Shown one piece after another: positions 63,204 to 64,000 of a DNA stretch of 64,000 nucleotides. Position numbers and translations under genes: made by a program. The notes beneath the pieces were generated by a model. It saw nothing but the letters and a program-made list of their open reading frames with translations, was not told the DNA's origin and made no database searches. Source of the stretch: Octopus bimaculoides (Eukaryota); assembly GCF_001194135.2 (NCBI RefSeq), contig NC_068981.1:192713999-192777998 (forward strand), written 5' to 3'. How positions within the stretch are numbered: the first letter of the stretch is position 1; each line of letters starts with the position of its first letter.

Positions 63204-63946
63204 GTATGTATATGGTGCCATGTTGACAAGTGTTAGAATTCTTTTGTACTTTAGGCACAAGGCTTGAAATTTGTGGGGAGGGGGCCCAATCGATTAGATC
63301 GACCTCAGTTCACAACTGGTACTTAATTTATCAACCCGCAAGGAATGAAAAGCAAAGTCGACCTTGGCGGAATTTGACCTCAGAACACAAAGACAGACGA
63401 AATACTGCTAAGCATTTCACATGGTGTGCTAATGTTTCTGCCAGCTCACCATTTAACAAGTGTTAGAATTCTGCAAGATGAAAGTTAACCTAAATAATTC
63501 CATCAAATACACCACATTTGATGGTATATGAGTTACACTCTTTTACCAAATAATGTCACCAAAGAATCACCTCAAAACCTATGTGTGAAGTTGTTTTAAA
63601 TATTACAGGTTTTAATGAGTTAAACATTTTCTCCTTGGCTAAGTGCTGCTAAAATCAGGGTGCATCTTATCTGACCTTGTGTCTTTTATGCCATCAAATG
63701 TGCTGGTTCCTTTCTCTCTTTTTTTTTTTTCATACTCTCTTTTACTTGTTTCAGTCATTTGACTGCGGTCATGCTGGAGCATCGCCTTTAGTCGAACAAA
63801 TCGACCCCAGGACTTATTCTTTGTAAGCCTAGTACTTATTCTATCGGTCTCTTTTGGCGAACCGCTAAGTTACGGGGACGTGAACATACCAGCATCGGTT
63901 GTCAAGCAATGGTGGGGGGACAAACACACACATATATATGTATATA

Positions 63947-64000
<54 letters not shown>

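Overview
Eukaryotic, AT-rich, repeat-dense genomic DNA with 9 assembly gaps. The SINE and microsatellite landscape looks like an octopus genome (inference). One protein-coding gene is well supported: an atlastin (ER membrane-fusion GTPase) on the + strand, with 12 coding exons from 41032 to 58888. Each exon has AG/GT boundaries and compatible phases, giving a 517-aa protein if ATG 41032 is the start. Its 5' non-coding exon(s) were not located with certainty. The rest is mostly transposon-derived: several tRNA-headed SINE families in many copies, remnants of CR1/L2, R4/Dong-like (RLE), RTE-like and Tc1/mariner elements, piggyBac-, hAT- and Tc1/mariner-type MITEs, Penelope-like fragments, minisatellites and microsatellites. 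Almost all ORFs in the supplied track are repeat artefacts. Best leads: (1) a tRNA-headed SINE-like element carrying a hammerhead-ribozyme-like core, arranged head-to-head as a long fold-back in an atlastin intron; (2) further hammerhead-like Penelope-type inverted arms; (3) atlastin departures from conserved motifs, one of which A-to-I editing could repair; (4) orphan exon-like segments at 6.9 and 9.2 kb; (5) SINE-seeded minisatellites. No CRISPR array, rRNA or bona fide tRNA gene was found. All alignments and counts were done by eye, and repeat boundaries are approximate.
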